This document shows, piece after piece, positions 49,633-59,141 of a stretch of DNA of 64,000 nt. The stretch is from IMG/VR virus record IMGVR_UViG_3300045988_126190, positions 1 through 64,000 of that record, one strand, 5' to 3'. The stretch is from a virus. Position numbers and translations under genes: made by a program. The first letter of the stretch is position 1, and every line of letters starts with the position of its first letter. The notes below the pieces were generated by a model, which had not been told where the DNA came from, searched no databases, and saw only the letters and a list, made by a program, of their open reading frames with translations.

Positions 49633-51059
49633 TGCCCTTTAAGAAACCGGCCGGAGGCGACCGCTACCGGAGCTTTTGCGGCGAATTTCGATTCCTTTCG
49701 ACAGACGATGCGTTCAATTTCCACGTGGAAATCTGGCTTTTGAACGATCTCGTCAACCGGAACAACTGGAAATACATCAATCTGGAACAGCACAGAGCAC
49801 TGTTTGCGGGTACGCCGATCCTGATTGCCTATACCAACGGCGGCAAGGGCATCGGCGACGGACACAATTTCCGCATGGAAACCGACCCGCGAACGGGAGA
49901 GGAAGCGCCGTCGTTTACCGGCGCGACCGCAGAACGAATTGTTGGCGCTCTTTCCGATGACCAAGCCGATGTACGGCTTGAGCAGAGGGACGGACATACA
50001 TGGATTGTCGGCAGAGGCCGCCTGTGGAAATGGTACGCCAAGGAGCTGGTGGAAAAGATTGAGCGTGACGCGCGACAGGGGCGCAGCATGAGCATCTCCA
50101 TCGAAACCTTGGTGACGAAAGCCCACATGGAGGGCGACGTCGAGGTAGAGGAGGAATACAAAATCCTCGGCACAACCATTTTAGGCGACCATGTTACTCC
50201 GGCAGTCGCAGGCGCTCACATAGCCGCCTTGCAGGAGATGAAGCAGTTCAATGAGTTAAAGGTCCGGGCTGCATCCTACAACGGCAAACCCCAAGCAAAC
50301 AGCAAGCCTAACAATCAACATCAAGATCGAAAAGGAGTGAAAACCTTGAATCTTTTCAGTAAGAACCAGCTCAAGGAGCTTCAGAGCCGCTTTGCCGAGC
50401 ACACCGTTTTGGCAGCGGGCAGCGACGACAATGGCATTCATGTTTGCATGATTGACAAGGACGGCGCTCCCATTGTTTACACGATGTCGGGCATGGAGGA
50501 CACCATTGTCCCCGAGGGCTTCCACAGAGACTCCGTGAGCGCGGAATTTTCTTGCGGTGTTCGTGTAGATGCCTTTGACGCAATCGAACGGGCGCTTTCG
50601 CCCATGACCGCCGAGAACCGCGTCCTGCGCGAGCAGAATGAGAAGCTGACGGCTGACCTTGCCGCCGCCAACAACAGCGTCAAGGCGATGCAGGAGGCCG
50701 AGGACAAGCGCCGCAAGGCCGCCGCAAAGGCCGCTGCCGAAGCGTTCCTCGAAAAGCTGAACGAAAACCGCGACGAGATCGACCGCATCAGCGTTGAGAT
50801 CATCAAGCCCGTGCTGGAACGTGCCGAGGCAGGCGGTTTCAACGAAATCTGCAACGAGGCCGGCGAATGGTGCGGCGACCGCGCTGCCGAGGATGCCGTT
50901 TGCGAGCGCGCCATGCGCCAGCAGATGGAGATCGACAAGCGCAACGCCGAGCAGACCAGAAACGCGCAGAAGAAAACCTACGCGTTCGAGGTTGCCGGTA
51001 AGGACGGCACGAATTCCGGCTCGGAAATCGAAAACATCTACAACAACCTCATGAAATAA
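49632..51059 (+). CDS. scaffold/prohead-maturation-like protein (assigned by position)
   Basis: 475 aa. The C-terminal half is a long charged coiled coil. Upstream of the capsid-like gene. Confidence 0.35.
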   Translation: MPFKKPAGGDRYRSFCGEFRFLSTDDAFNFHVEIWLLNDLVNRNNWKYINLEQHRALFAGTPILIAYTNGGKGIGDGHNFRMETDPRTGEEAPSFTGATAERIVGALSDDQADVRLEQRDGHTWIVGRGRLWKWYAKELVEKIERDARQGRSMSISIETLVTKAHMEGDVEVEEEYKILGTTILGDHVTPAVAGAHIAALQEMKQFNELKVRAASYNGKPQANSKPNNQHQDRKGVKTLNLFSKNQLKELQSRFAEHTVLAAGSDDNGIHVCMIDKDGAPIVYTMSGMEDTIVPEGFHRDSVSAEFSCGVRVDAFDAIERALSPMTAENRVLREQNEKLTADLAAANNSVKAMQEAEDKRRKAAAKAAAEAFLEKLNENRDEIDRISVEIIKPVLERAEAGGFNEICNEAGEWCGDRAAEDAVCERAMRQQMEIDKRNAEQTRNAQKKTYAFEVAGKDGTNSGSEIENIYNNLMK

Positions 51060-51077
51060 TGAAAGGGTGAATCTACT

Positions 51078-51719
51078 ATGGCTTCTATCGCTAAAACCGC
51101 ATTTGAGGTTTCCGTGAGCAACATCACGAGAAACAACATCCAGAATGTCCCCGGTTATTTCGGCAGCGGAACCGGAACTTCCTTCGTTCCCGACATCTGC
51201 CCGGCCGGCTTCCTCTGCACCCGCTCCGAGCTGGCTGCGAACGAGGGCTACGAGGGCAAGGGCGCGAACGGCGCTGACATTCTCAACGGCAACACGTGGC
51301 GTTTTATCGCGGCGGCGGCCGGCACCTCCGGCGACCGTCTGGGCGACCACACCGGCATTTATGCCTTTAATTCCTACAACGCACAGCAGGGCACCATCGG
51401 CGGCAATACCTACTATGCCGGTGCGAACACCCTCGGCCTTGAGCTTCCCGCAGGCGAGCGCGGCGACTTTACCGAGCTGATTGTCGGCGAGCAGTACACG
51501 TGGGGCGTTGGCGACTTCTCGACCGCTCCCACGGACAGCACCTTCCTGTATGCGACCATCGTCAACGGTCTGCTTGTGGCCTCCAAGACCGCACCCGCAG
51601 ACGGCAGCGGCGTGTACCTGAAAATCCTCCGCAGCAAGCCTTTCACGAAGGGCGCTCGCTACGCCGGATTTAACGGCTATGTCTGCGAGGTTTGCCGCGC
51701 GGCGGCAGCCAAGTCCTGA
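51078..51719 (+). CDS. hypothetical structural protein
   Basis: AAAGGGTGA SD. 213 aa. Immediately precedes the capsid-like gene. Confidence 0.45.
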   Translation: MASIAKTAFEVSVSNITRNNIQNVPGYFGSGTGTSFVPDICPAGFLCTRSELAANEGYEGKGANGADILNGNTWRFIAAAAGTSGDRLGDHTGIYAFNSYNAQQGTIGGNTYYAGANTLGLELPAGERGDFTELIVGEQYTWGVGDFSTAPTDSTFLYATIVNGLLVASKTAPADGSGVYLKILRSKPFTKGARYAGFNGYVCEVCRAAAAKS

Positions 51720-51741
51720 GAGAAAAGGAGAGTGAAGTAAT

Positions 51742-52968
51742 ATGTTGAAGCTCAACAGCCTTGACACCAATGTTTTTATCTATCACAGCAACAACGACGA
51801 GACCATCGGCACCGGCGCGAACAAAATCAGCCGCGATGAGCTGATTGCCTCCGGCCGTCTGTGCGCTACCGAATATCTCGGCAAGCAGCTCGACCCGAAG
51901 GGCTTCGTTTCCCGCCTTGCGCAGTTTGGCGGCAGCTACGACGTTGCGGCCCGCAAGCACATGGAGAAGAAGCTCCTGTTCTGTGCGACCAAGGCCTACG
52001 CGGCGGTCGGCAAGCCCGCTCCGGAGAACGTGGAAGCGGTCAAGAGCGACATGAACCTCTGGAAAGACCCGATTTTCCTGCGCACGATGTCCTACATTGA
52101 CGCAGAGGTCGTATCTCCCCTTCTGTACAGCGTCATTTCCGACCTCGGCGGCCAGATGCTGAATCTGCGCAGCGCTCCGGTTGGCCGCACGGTTGAAATC
52201 AACGTGCAGTCCAACGAGGCGTTCCTGTGGGAGGACAGCGCTCCCGGCTCCGGCCACAGCACCACCAAGAACTACCTGTACGGCGACACCATCACCCTCA
52301 ACCCGAAGATGTACGTCTGCAACGGCACCATCAAGTGGTTCCAGCTCGTCGCTTCGGACAACGGCATGGACGCCGGCTGGTACTACACCGCCATTATCCG
52401 TGGCCTGTGGAGCAAGATCACCGCGCTTTACACCAAGGCGCTGCTGAACGCGGCGACTAACACCATGTACGTTCCCTCCTACCTGACCTTCGACTCCTAC
52501 ACCTCCGCCAACTGGGCGTCCGCGACCACTGCCGCTGCGGTTGCCAACGGCGTTCGCCGCGAGCAGCTGATGGCGTTCGGCAACTACGCAAGCCTCCAGA
52601 AGGTGCTGCCCTCCGGGACCGCCTCTGACGCTGCACTGACCTATCAGCTCGGCGAGGAATGGATGCGCAACGGCTTCGTGAGCATGGTTGGCCGCGTGCC
52701 GCTGTTCGAGATCATGCCTGCCATGGTTCCCGGCACGGTGAACACCACCGGCACGATGATCGACCTCGACAAGCATCTGTTCATTACCGCACGTGTCGGC
52801 GACGCGATGGCTCCCATCTACGGCGCGATTGCCGAGGGCTGGCCGGTCGCGATGGAGTACACCCCGTCCGAGACCGCAGACTTCGAGATCAGCATCAACA
52901 TGAGCACGCTCATGGATTTCAAGCCGGTGTTTGCCTCCAAGGTCGCCGTTATCCAGAACGTTATCTAA
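51742..52968 (+). CDS. major capsid protein (by size, position and composition)
   Basis: AAAGGAGAG SD. 408 aa. Followed by a GNRA-capped 9-bp stem-loop (52983-53004). Confidence 0.5.
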   Translation: MLKLNSLDTNVFIYHSNNDETIGTGANKISRDELIASGRLCATEYLGKQLDPKGFVSRLAQFGGSYDVAARKHMEKKLLFCATKAYAAVGKPAPENVEAVKSDMNLWKDPIFLRTMSYIDAEVVSPLLYSVISDLGGQMLNLRSAPVGRTVEINVQSNEAFLWEDSAPGSGHSTTKNYLYGDTITLNPKMYVCNGTIKWFQLVASDNGMDAGWYYTAIIRGLWSKITALYTKALLNAATNTMYVPSYLTFDSYTSANWASATTAAAVANGVRREQLMAFGNYASLQKVLPSGTASDAALTYQLGEEWMRNGFVSMVGRVPLFEIMPAMVPGTVNTTGTMIDLDKHLFITARVGDAMAPIYGAIAEGWPVAMEYTPSETADFEISINMSTLMDFKPVFASKVAVIQNVI

Positions 52969-53011
52969 TCCAAGCCTTTTTCGGAGGGCGGGAAACCGCC
53001 CTCCCCTATCC

Positions 53012-53079
53012 GCCGCTCTGGGATGGTCTCCTTTCGGCAAGTACAGAAAGGCACGACGGTTCGACTCCGTCGAGCGGCA
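53012..53079 (+). ncRNA. tRNA-like element C (68 nt; non-canonical)
   Basis: Perfect 7-bp acceptor stem GCCGCTC/GAGCGGC. Perfect T-arm GACGG-TTCGACT-CCGTC. Reduced D-arm. Anticodon-like stem CTTTC/GAAAG with an oversized loop. Confidence 0.4.
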
Positions 53080-53122
53080 CTTAAAAAACGAATTTTCACC
53101 ATAGTTGAGGAGGTAAAAACCT

Positions 53123-53800
53123 ATGGCAGAGGCAACGAAGCGAACCTACACGAAGAAAACTACGGCTGCGCCGAAGGAAACCGCCGAAACGGCGGCTCCC
53201 GCAGCAGAAAAGACCTACACGAAGGCCGAGCTGGACGCCATGATCGCGGCGGCAGTCCAACAGGCGATCGCGAATTATGCTCCCGCGCCGCTCCCCGCGC
53301 AGACGGCCGGCGACAGCGTTGTTACCGTGCTGTTTATCGCAGAGGTATCGAAGGAGAACCAGTTGGAGCTTCCGGGCTACGGCGCGATGCGTCCGAATTC
53401 GTATCTGGAAATCCCGAAGAAGGAGTTTGGAGGCAAGTTCATGTCGCCGCTGGCACGGCTCCTGATTGATAAGCGCCATATTCTGGTGGTGGACGGGCTG
53501 ACGGAGGACGAAAGAATCCGCTGGAACTGCGACTACAAGGACGGCGAGGTGCTGTCTGAGCGCGTATTTGACCACATGCTGGACTTTGACACCGCGCAGC
53601 TGTGTGACATCGTTTCCCATCTTTGCGACGAACACAAGCGCTTTGTGTGCCGCAGAATCACGCAGGCGCGGGTGGACAAGGACAACCGGCTCTCTCTTGA
53701 CCGCGTAAAGGCGGTAAATGCGCTGACGACCCACATTGTTGAGGGCGGCCTTTTGCAGCCGGTCATTGAGGATTTTGCGAAGGAACTCGTGAAGAAGTAA
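53123..53800 (+). CDS. hypothetical structural-module protein
   Basis: GAGGAGG SD. 225 aa. Confidence 0.5.
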   Translation: MAEATKRTYTKKTTAAPKETAETAAPAAEKTYTKAELDAMIAAAVQQAIANYAPAPLPAQTAGDSVVTVLFIAEVSKENQLELPGYGAMRPNSYLEIPKKEFGGKFMSPLARLLIDKRHILVVDGLTEDERIRWNCDYKDGEVLSERVFDHMLDFDTAQLCDIVSHLCDEHKRFVCRRITQARVDKDNRLSLDRVKAVNALTTHIVEGGLLQPVIEDFAKELVKK

Positions 53801-53847
53801 GCAAATCTACGCGATTCCCCCATAAAAATAAGACTATTTCAAAGGAA

Positions 53848-54558
53848 GTGACCAACGTGACGACAAGTTGGAGCGACATTCTCACCGCAGCGCTCACGGT
53901 TATCAACGATATTCGGTGGAGAAAGCAGCTTGCGACCAATGCGGCAGAGTTCTACCGAGCGAAATCCGCCTATGTCACAATGGCGCTTCCTTTGCTCTGC
54001 CGTCCTCCGGAGCTGCTACAGCACATGCAAAGCGGATTGGTGGAGCCGGAATACGCCTCGCTGGAATGGAAAGTATCGGAAAACGACACCACCGGCGAGA
54101 AGGTTGAAATATCTACCGGATTGGTAGGCTTTGAGCTGATGAGCGTGTCGATGCTCCTGCCGGACGGAACCGGCGCGATTGCATATCCGAACGCAACCTA
54201 TGACGCGGGGAGCGGCAAAATCACGTTCCCGCCGCAGGACGCAAGCGGCGTGATCTACAGCATCGACTTTTACACGGACGGGCAGTTCCAAGACCTGACC
54301 TTGACGCAAAAGCGGCTGCTGGCGCTGGCCGTGGCGGTGGTGTGGGACGAGCATTTTGACCGAGACTGGCTGAACAGAACACCGAAAATCCACGACGCAA
54401 GCTTTGAAACCGTGAACGAGGCGAACTACACAGATAAATCATCCAAAAGCCGCAGTGAAAGCAGGGCAATCTTTGAGGACGAGCTTCGGAAGTATGAGCA
54501 AAACTGCGCATACGTCGCCACGATGCCGAAAGCGCCCCCGCGCGTCACACTGATTTAG
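53848..54558 (+). CDS. hypothetical structural-module protein
   Basis: GTG start. GTG 53857 is an alternative with better SD spacing. Confidence 0.5.
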   Translation: MTNVTTSWSDILTAALTVINDIRWRKQLATNAAEFYRAKSAYVTMALPLLCRPPELLQHMQSGLVEPEYASLEWKVSENDTTGEKVEISTGLVGFELMSVSMLLPDGTGAIAYPNATYDAGSGKITFPPQDASGVIYSIDFYTDGQFQDLTLTQKRLLALAVAVVWDEHFDRDWLNRTPKIHDASFETVNEANYTDKSSKSRSESRAIFEDELRKYEQNCAYVATMPKAPPRVTLI

Positions 54559-54569
54559 GAGGTGCTGAA

Positions 54570-55379
54570 ATGGCAGAGGTTTTTCTGAAGGGCTCGGCTT
54601 ATTCCATCCCGTTTCTGATAAAAAGCGGGAAAACAACCATCACAAACGAAAACGTTGCCAGCGTTCGGCTGGGGCTGGGCAACCTGACGGCAAGCTGGCC
54701 GGGCGGACGGCTCCGCTACAGCGGCGGGTACTGGCTTTTCCCGGTGACACAGGCGCAGAGCTACGCGCTGCCGCAGGGCGAAACCTACTATCAGGCGCAG
54801 ATTCAAATGGCCAGCGGAGAGACGTTTTCCTCGAAACGGCAATGCATCTTCGTTGACGGCACGATCTTCCGAACGCCATTCGGCGAGACGCAGTTGTCCA
54901 CGCCCGAAACGGCAGACGCGCAGCCGATTCCGGCGCAAATTGAGCCAAAGCCGGAGCAAATCGCGGTGGAAATCCAGACGCTTGGCGGTGGGCTGCCGTC
55001 GAGTTATGTGCTTCCTCCGGCAACGAGCGACAAGTTGGGCGGCGTAAAGGCTGACCCCGCGACCGAGCAAGATACCGTCCCCGTAAGAATTGGGGAAGAT
55101 GAAAAGCTCTATGCAGAAAATCAGCTCCCGACCGTTACCGAGGAGGACAACGGGAAGGTTCTGGGCGTGGTGGACGGGAAAATTGGTCTGATCTCGGGCG
55201 GCGGCACGATTTACGAAGGCCCCTACGAGGTATCGCCCATCTTTGACGACCCTACCGTTCTGCCGACGGAAGGAAAATTCCTGACACAGGACGTTTCGGT
55301 AAATCCCATCGGCCTTTCTAGGACGAGCAATCCTAGCGGCGGCCAAACTATTTTTATTGGAGGAATCACAAATGGCTAA
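54570..55379 (+). CDS. fibre-like protein
   Basis: AGGAGGTG SD. The ATSDKLGGVKAD motif is common in phage fibre proteins. Confidence 0.4.
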   Translation: MAEVFLKGSAYSIPFLIKSGKTTITNENVASVRLGLGNLTASWPGGRLRYSGGYWLFPVTQAQSYALPQGETYYQAQIQMASGETFSSKRQCIFVDGTIFRTPFGETQLSTPETADAQPIPAQIEPKPEQIAVEIQTLGGGLPSSYVLPPATSDKLGGVKADPATEQDTVPVRIGEDEKLYAENQLPTVTEEDNGKVLGVVDGKIGLISGGGTIYEGPYEVSPIFDDPTVLPTEGKFLTQDVSVNPIGLSRTSNPSGGQTIFIGGITNG

Positions 55380-55959
55380 CCAGTACGTAAACAAGGTCGT
55401 GCTTGCCAACGGTACCACGCTCATCGACTTAACTGCCGATACCGTAGTCGCTGACAAGTTACTCAAGGGCTACACCGCCCACGACAAATCCGGTGCACAA
55501 ATCACCGGCACCAGCACCTTTGACGCAGACACCAGCGATGCCACCGCCGGTGCAGCGGAAATCCTGCTCGGTAAGACCGCTTATGTGTCCGGACAGAAAA
55601 TCACCGGCACGATGCCCAACAACGGCGCAAAGACCCTGAACATCACCAAGGCCGACACGCCAGTTGCCATCCCCATGGGCTACCACGACGGCTCCGGCAA
55701 GGCGCAGATTGACCCGACCGAGCAGGCGAAGATCATTGCCACGAACATCCGCGAGGGCGTGACCATCCTCGGCGTTGAGGGCTCGATGAGCGGTTCTGAG
55801 GACATGAAGCCGCAGGCCAAGACCGTCACCCCGACGTTTGCGGCGCAGGAGATTCTTCCCGATGAGGGCTACAACTGCCTGTCGCAGGTCACAGTCAGCG
55901 CAATTCCCGTGGCTTACGTGGACAATACGCAGGGTGGTCAGACCGTCACCATCGGCTAA
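55372..55959 (+). CDS. fibre-module paralogue
   Basis: ATG 55372 behind GGAGGAA. The N-terminus VVLANGTTLIDLTADTVVADKLLKGYTAHDKSGAQITGT is shared with 55994-56257. Confidence 0.45.
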   Translation: MANQYVNKVVLANGTTLIDLTADTVVADKLLKGYTAHDKSGAQITGTSTFDADTSDATAGAAEILLGKTAYVSGQKITGTMPNNGAKTLNITKADTPVAIPMGYHDGSGKAQIDPTEQAKIIATNIREGVTILGVEGSMSGSEDMKPQAKTVTPTFAAQEILPDEGYNCLSQVTVSAIPVAYVDNTQGGQTVTIG

Positions 55960-55993
55960 ACAGCCAAGCGAACACTAACAGAAGGAGGCCGCT

Positions 55994-56257
55994 ATGGCAG
56001 CGAACAAAGTGATTATCAACGGAGAAACTGTGTTGGACTTGACCTCCGACACAGTAACTCCGGATAAGCTATTGCAGGGCGCCACGGCGCACGGTGCCTC
56101 CGGCGCTCTTGTAGAGGGCACGATGCCCAACAACGGCGCGGTGTCCAAGACGATGGACGGCCTGACGACGACCTCCGTCGCCATTGCGGCGGGCTACACA
56201 TCCGGCGGTACGGTGAGCCTCACCGATGCAATTGAAACGGCTCTTGCAGCTATTTGA
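55994..56257 (+). CDS. fibre-module paralogue (short)
   Basis: GAAGGAGG SD. VIINGETVLDLTSDTVTPDKLLQGATAHGASGALVEGT. Confidence 0.45.
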   Translation: MAANKVIINGETVLDLTSDTVTPDKLLQGATAHGASGALVEGTMPNNGAVSKTMDGLTTTSVAIAAGYTSGGTVSLTDAIETALAAI

Positions 56258-56268
56258 GGAGGTTACTT

Positions 56269-57381
56269 ATGAGTGTACAGACCGAAATTGACCGCATCAT
56301 TACGGCGGTCGGCGCGGCTTATGATGCCGTGGAGGAAAAGGGCGGCACGCTTCCCGCAAGCGAAACAGTCGCAAACCTTGCCGAGGCAATCAACAGCATT
56401 CCGAAGGATACACATCAGGCGGTGGAGCAGGCTACGCCGTCCCTGTCGCTCAATGCGGCGACCGGCGAGGTCACGGCAGAGGCGACACAGGCCGCAGGCC
56501 TTGTTGCCGCCGGGACGAAGAAGGCGACCATGCAGCTTGCGACCCAAGCGGAAAAAACGGTTACGCCGACAGAGGCGGAGCAGACCGCCGTTGCATCGGG
56601 GAAATACACCACCGGCGACGTTGTGGTTGCGGCAGTTCCTGCCGAGGCAAAGACCGTGGAGCTTTCCATGCCGAGCGGCGACCAGACGGTCAGCCCTGAT
56701 GCCGGGAAATTCCTGAGCGCAGTCACGGTAAAAAAACCCGCGACGATGCTTCCTGAGAACATCAAGAAGGGCGTAAGCATCGGCGGCGTGGTCGGCACGC
56801 TGGAAAGCGGCGGTGGCGACCTCGACGCGTTCATTGAGGGAAACCTCCCAATGATTACAAGCAACGCAAGCAATGTTAGAGAATTTGCGTCCTACTTCAA
56901 CTCGTATATTTGGTCGGCAAGTTTCCCGAAAGCAACAAGCATTGGCAACGCTGCATTTCAGTACAGCGAGTATTTAGATTCTGTGAGTTGTCCACAAGCA
57001 ACGAAAATTGGACAAAGCGCATTCGACGGATGCTGGAATTTAAGAACAGCAAACTTCCCACTGGCAACGAATATTGACGAAGGCGCGTTTTCCGGCTGCG
57101 GCAATCAGCTCAGAACGCTAAGCTTCCCCAAAGCAACCAGCATTGGTGGAAGGGCATTTGCGGGTTGTGCCAAACTCACTGCACTTGTGCTTAGTAACGC
57201 AGAGGCAGTTTGCAAATTAAGCAACAGTACTAGCGCTGGCGACGCCCTTAAATCCACTCCTATTGCGGATGGGACAGGCTACATCTATGTTCCCGATGCA
57301 CTGGTGGATAGTTATAAGGCAGCAACCAACTGGTCGATCTATGCGGCGCAAATCAAGCCCTTGTCGGAGTATTCGGCATAA
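56269..57381 (+). CDS. BspA-type leucine-rich-repeat protein (adhesin/fibre-like)
   Basis: ATG 56269 behind GAGGAGG. Repeated FPKATSIGxxAFxxC units in the C-terminal half. Confidence 0.55.
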   Translation: MSVQTEIDRIITAVGAAYDAVEEKGGTLPASETVANLAEAINSIPKDTHQAVEQATPSLSLNAATGEVTAEATQAAGLVAAGTKKATMQLATQAEKTVTPTEAEQTAVASGKYTTGDVVVAAVPAEAKTVELSMPSGDQTVSPDAGKFLSAVTVKKPATMLPENIKKGVSIGGVVGTLESGGGDLDAFIEGNLPMITSNASNVREFASYFNSYIWSASFPKATSIGNAAFQYSEYLDSVSCPQATKIGQSAFDGCWNLRTANFPLATNIDEGAFSGCGNQLRTLSFPKATSIGGRAFAGCAKLTALVLSNAEAVCKLSNSTSAGDALKSTPIADGTGYIYVPDALVDSYKAATNWSIYAAQIKPLSEYSA

Positions 57382-57555
57382 GGAAGGATGGAAAGGGACG
57401 AATGATCTACTTACATGAGCAGCAGCTCGACGACCGCCTTGTGCGGCACTGGGCATACAGCGAAACCAATTGCGCAGGAGGTGGCTGCCCATGTTCGTGG
57501 CTCCAACGAAGTCGCCGAAGAAACGGCGCAAATCTAAAATCACTTACGGGAGGCG

Positions 57556-57843
57556 TTGCGTTTGGGCGCTCGAGAAATCTTAACCCTTATCGGCGAATTG
57601 ATCGCGCTGATCAGCACGATTACCGCCTGCGCCGTGAGCATCAGCAAGGTCATGAGCGGGACGAAATGCCTGCTACGGAGCGAGATGCTGCGAATCTACT
57701 ACAAGCACAAGGATTCCCAACAGATACGGCAGTATGAGTATGAGAACTTCGTGTACCTTTACGAAGCATACAAAAAACTGGGCGGCAACTCGTTTATTGA
57801 CAAAATCTATCTTGAGGTAAGGACGTGGGAGGTCACGTCGTGA
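57556..57843 (+). CDS. membrane protein (possible holin accessory)
   Basis: N-terminal TM segment ILTLIGELIALISTITACAV. TTG 57562 gives better spacing from GGGAGG. Confidence 0.45.
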   Translation: MRLGAREILTLIGELIALISTITACAVSISKVMSGTKCLLRSEMLRIYYKHKDSQQIRQYEYENFVYLYEAYKKLGGNSFIDKIYLEVRTWEVTS

Positions 57844-57865
57844 GCCGGGCGAAGGGAGCGGAAAA

Positions 57866-58075
57866 ATGAAGAAGGAATACCAATTCGGGACGGTCCTCTA
57901 CGACGAGCAAGAGCACCTGATCCGCTGCATGGCCTGCAAACGGCCGGTCAACGAGAAAAAGCTCCTGTTCCGACACGATGGACAGTGGGTGTGCGGGAAA
58001 TGCCTGTGCGGCGTTGAGAACACTCCCACGCAATGCACGCTTTGCAGCACCGCTAAGGCGGCTGTGGAGGGATAA
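57866..58075 (+). CDS. zinc-ribbon small protein
   Basis: GAAGGGAG SD. CMACK...CGKC...CTLC motif. Confidence 0.45.
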   Translation: MKKEYQFGTVLYDEQEHLIRCMACKRPVNEKKLLFRHDGQWVCGKCLCGVENTPTQCTLCSTAKAAVEG

Positions 58076-58110
58076 ATTACGGGCGAAAGCCGGAAAGGAT
58101 GAGAAAAAAC

Positions 58111-58317
58111 ATGATGAACGATAAACTGTACAAAATTCTGAAGTACATTGCCATGATCTTCCTGCCTGCGCTGGGAACGCTGTATTTCGCGCTGGCGGGA
58201 ATTTGGGGCTTCCCCTATGCCGAGCAGGTGGTTGGCACAATCACCGCAGTTGACACGTTCTTGGGCGTGATTCTGGGCATCTCCACGGCACAGTACAACA
58301 AGAAAATGGGAGGCTGA
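58111..58317 (+). CDS. holin, Dp-1 family-like
   Basis: KILKYIAMIFLPALGTLYFALAGIWGFPYAEQVVGTITAVDTFLGVILGIS matches the Dp-1 holin pattern. The ORF is open from 58099. Confidence 0.7.
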   Translation: MMNDKLYKILKYIAMIFLPALGTLYFALAGIWGFPYAEQVVGTITAVDTFLGVILGISTAQYNKKMGG

Positions 58318-58321
58318 CGCA

Positions 58322-59113
58322 ATGAAGATCGTCCAGCAATTTACCACCAAGAATCCGAGCTACTATGCCAATGAGGTACAGCAGGACTATCGGTATGCCG
58401 ATTTCCAAAGGTACGGCGCGAAGGGAGCCGTCCTGCACAGCATCGGATGCCCGCAGCCGTCGGCGCAGCTGATTGCCAACAACTTCAACCGCTCCAACGC
58501 AGAGGCATCCGTCCATGCCGTTTTGCAGGCGGACGGACTGGTGGTACAGACGATGCCGTGGAACTACCGAGCATGGCACGTCGGCGGCAGCGCAAACAAC
58601 ACGCATGTCGGTGTGGAGATGACGGAGCCGGATTGCATCTGGTATGACGCGAAGAACGGCTACAAGCTGCACATCAACGACTACGCCAAGGCGACCGCGT
58701 TTGTCAAGGCGACCTATGCTGTGGCGGTGGAGCTGTTTGCGCAGCTCTGCGCGGAAAACGGCTGGAATCCGCTGGAGGACGGCGTGATTCTGTCGCACAA
58801 GGAGTGCCACGCAAGAGGTCTCGGCAGCAACCACGGCGACCCGGAGCATCTGTGGGACGCGCTCAACACAGGCTACACAATGGACAAATTCCGCGCGGAT
58901 GTCGCGGAGAAAATGGAGGAGGAAAATATGGTACGTTACCAACACGTCGAGGATATGCCCGAATGGGCACAGCCGGATATTCAGGAGCTGGTGGACGCAA
59001 ACGTGCTGCGCGGCGACGAGAACGGCAACCTGAATCTGACCGAGGACATGATCCGGATGGCGATCATCAATAAGCGCTACACCGATCAGACGAGCTGCTG
59101 CAAGGGCAAGTAA
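58322..59113 (+). CDS. N-acetylmuramoyl-L-alanine amidase endolysin (Amidase_2/PGRP type)
   Basis: GAVLHSIGC...RAWHVGGSANNTHVGVEMTEP...SHKECH...GDPEHLW. Confidence 0.8.
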   Translation: MKIVQQFTTKNPSYYANEVQQDYRYADFQRYGAKGAVLHSIGCPQPSAQLIANNFNRSNAEASVHAVLQADGLVVQTMPWNYRAWHVGGSANNTHVGVEMTEPDCIWYDAKNGYKLHINDYAKATAFVKATYAVAVELFAQLCAENGWNPLEDGVILSHKECHARGLGSNHGDPEHLWDALNTGYTMDKFRADVAEKMEEENMVRYQHVEDMPEWAQPDIQELVDANVLRGDENGNLNLTEDMIRMAIINKRYTDQTSCCKGK

Positions 59114-59141
59114 AAAACAACAAGAAGGACGGGATGTCGCT

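Noticed and set aside
50256-51770. 504-aa minus-strand ORF
   Set aside because: It is antisense to the scaffold-like and 213-aa plus-strand genes, which have SD sites and protein-like composition. It is Gly/Ala/Arg/Val-rich with no SD. This is a typical shadow ORF in GC-rich DNA.
51670-53040. 456-aa minus-strand ORF
   Set aside because: It is antisense to the capsid-like gene. Its Arg/His/Gly-rich composition and lack of an SD mark it as a shadow ORF.
57402-57737. 111-aa ORF, and a 30-codon ORF at 57491-57583, upstream of the lysis genes
   Set aside because: Both have possible SDs. However, the 111-aa product is Arg-rich and junk-like after about 50 aa, and it overlaps the more protein-like TM gene at 57556. 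I could not decide from sequence alone, so neither is listed as a feature.
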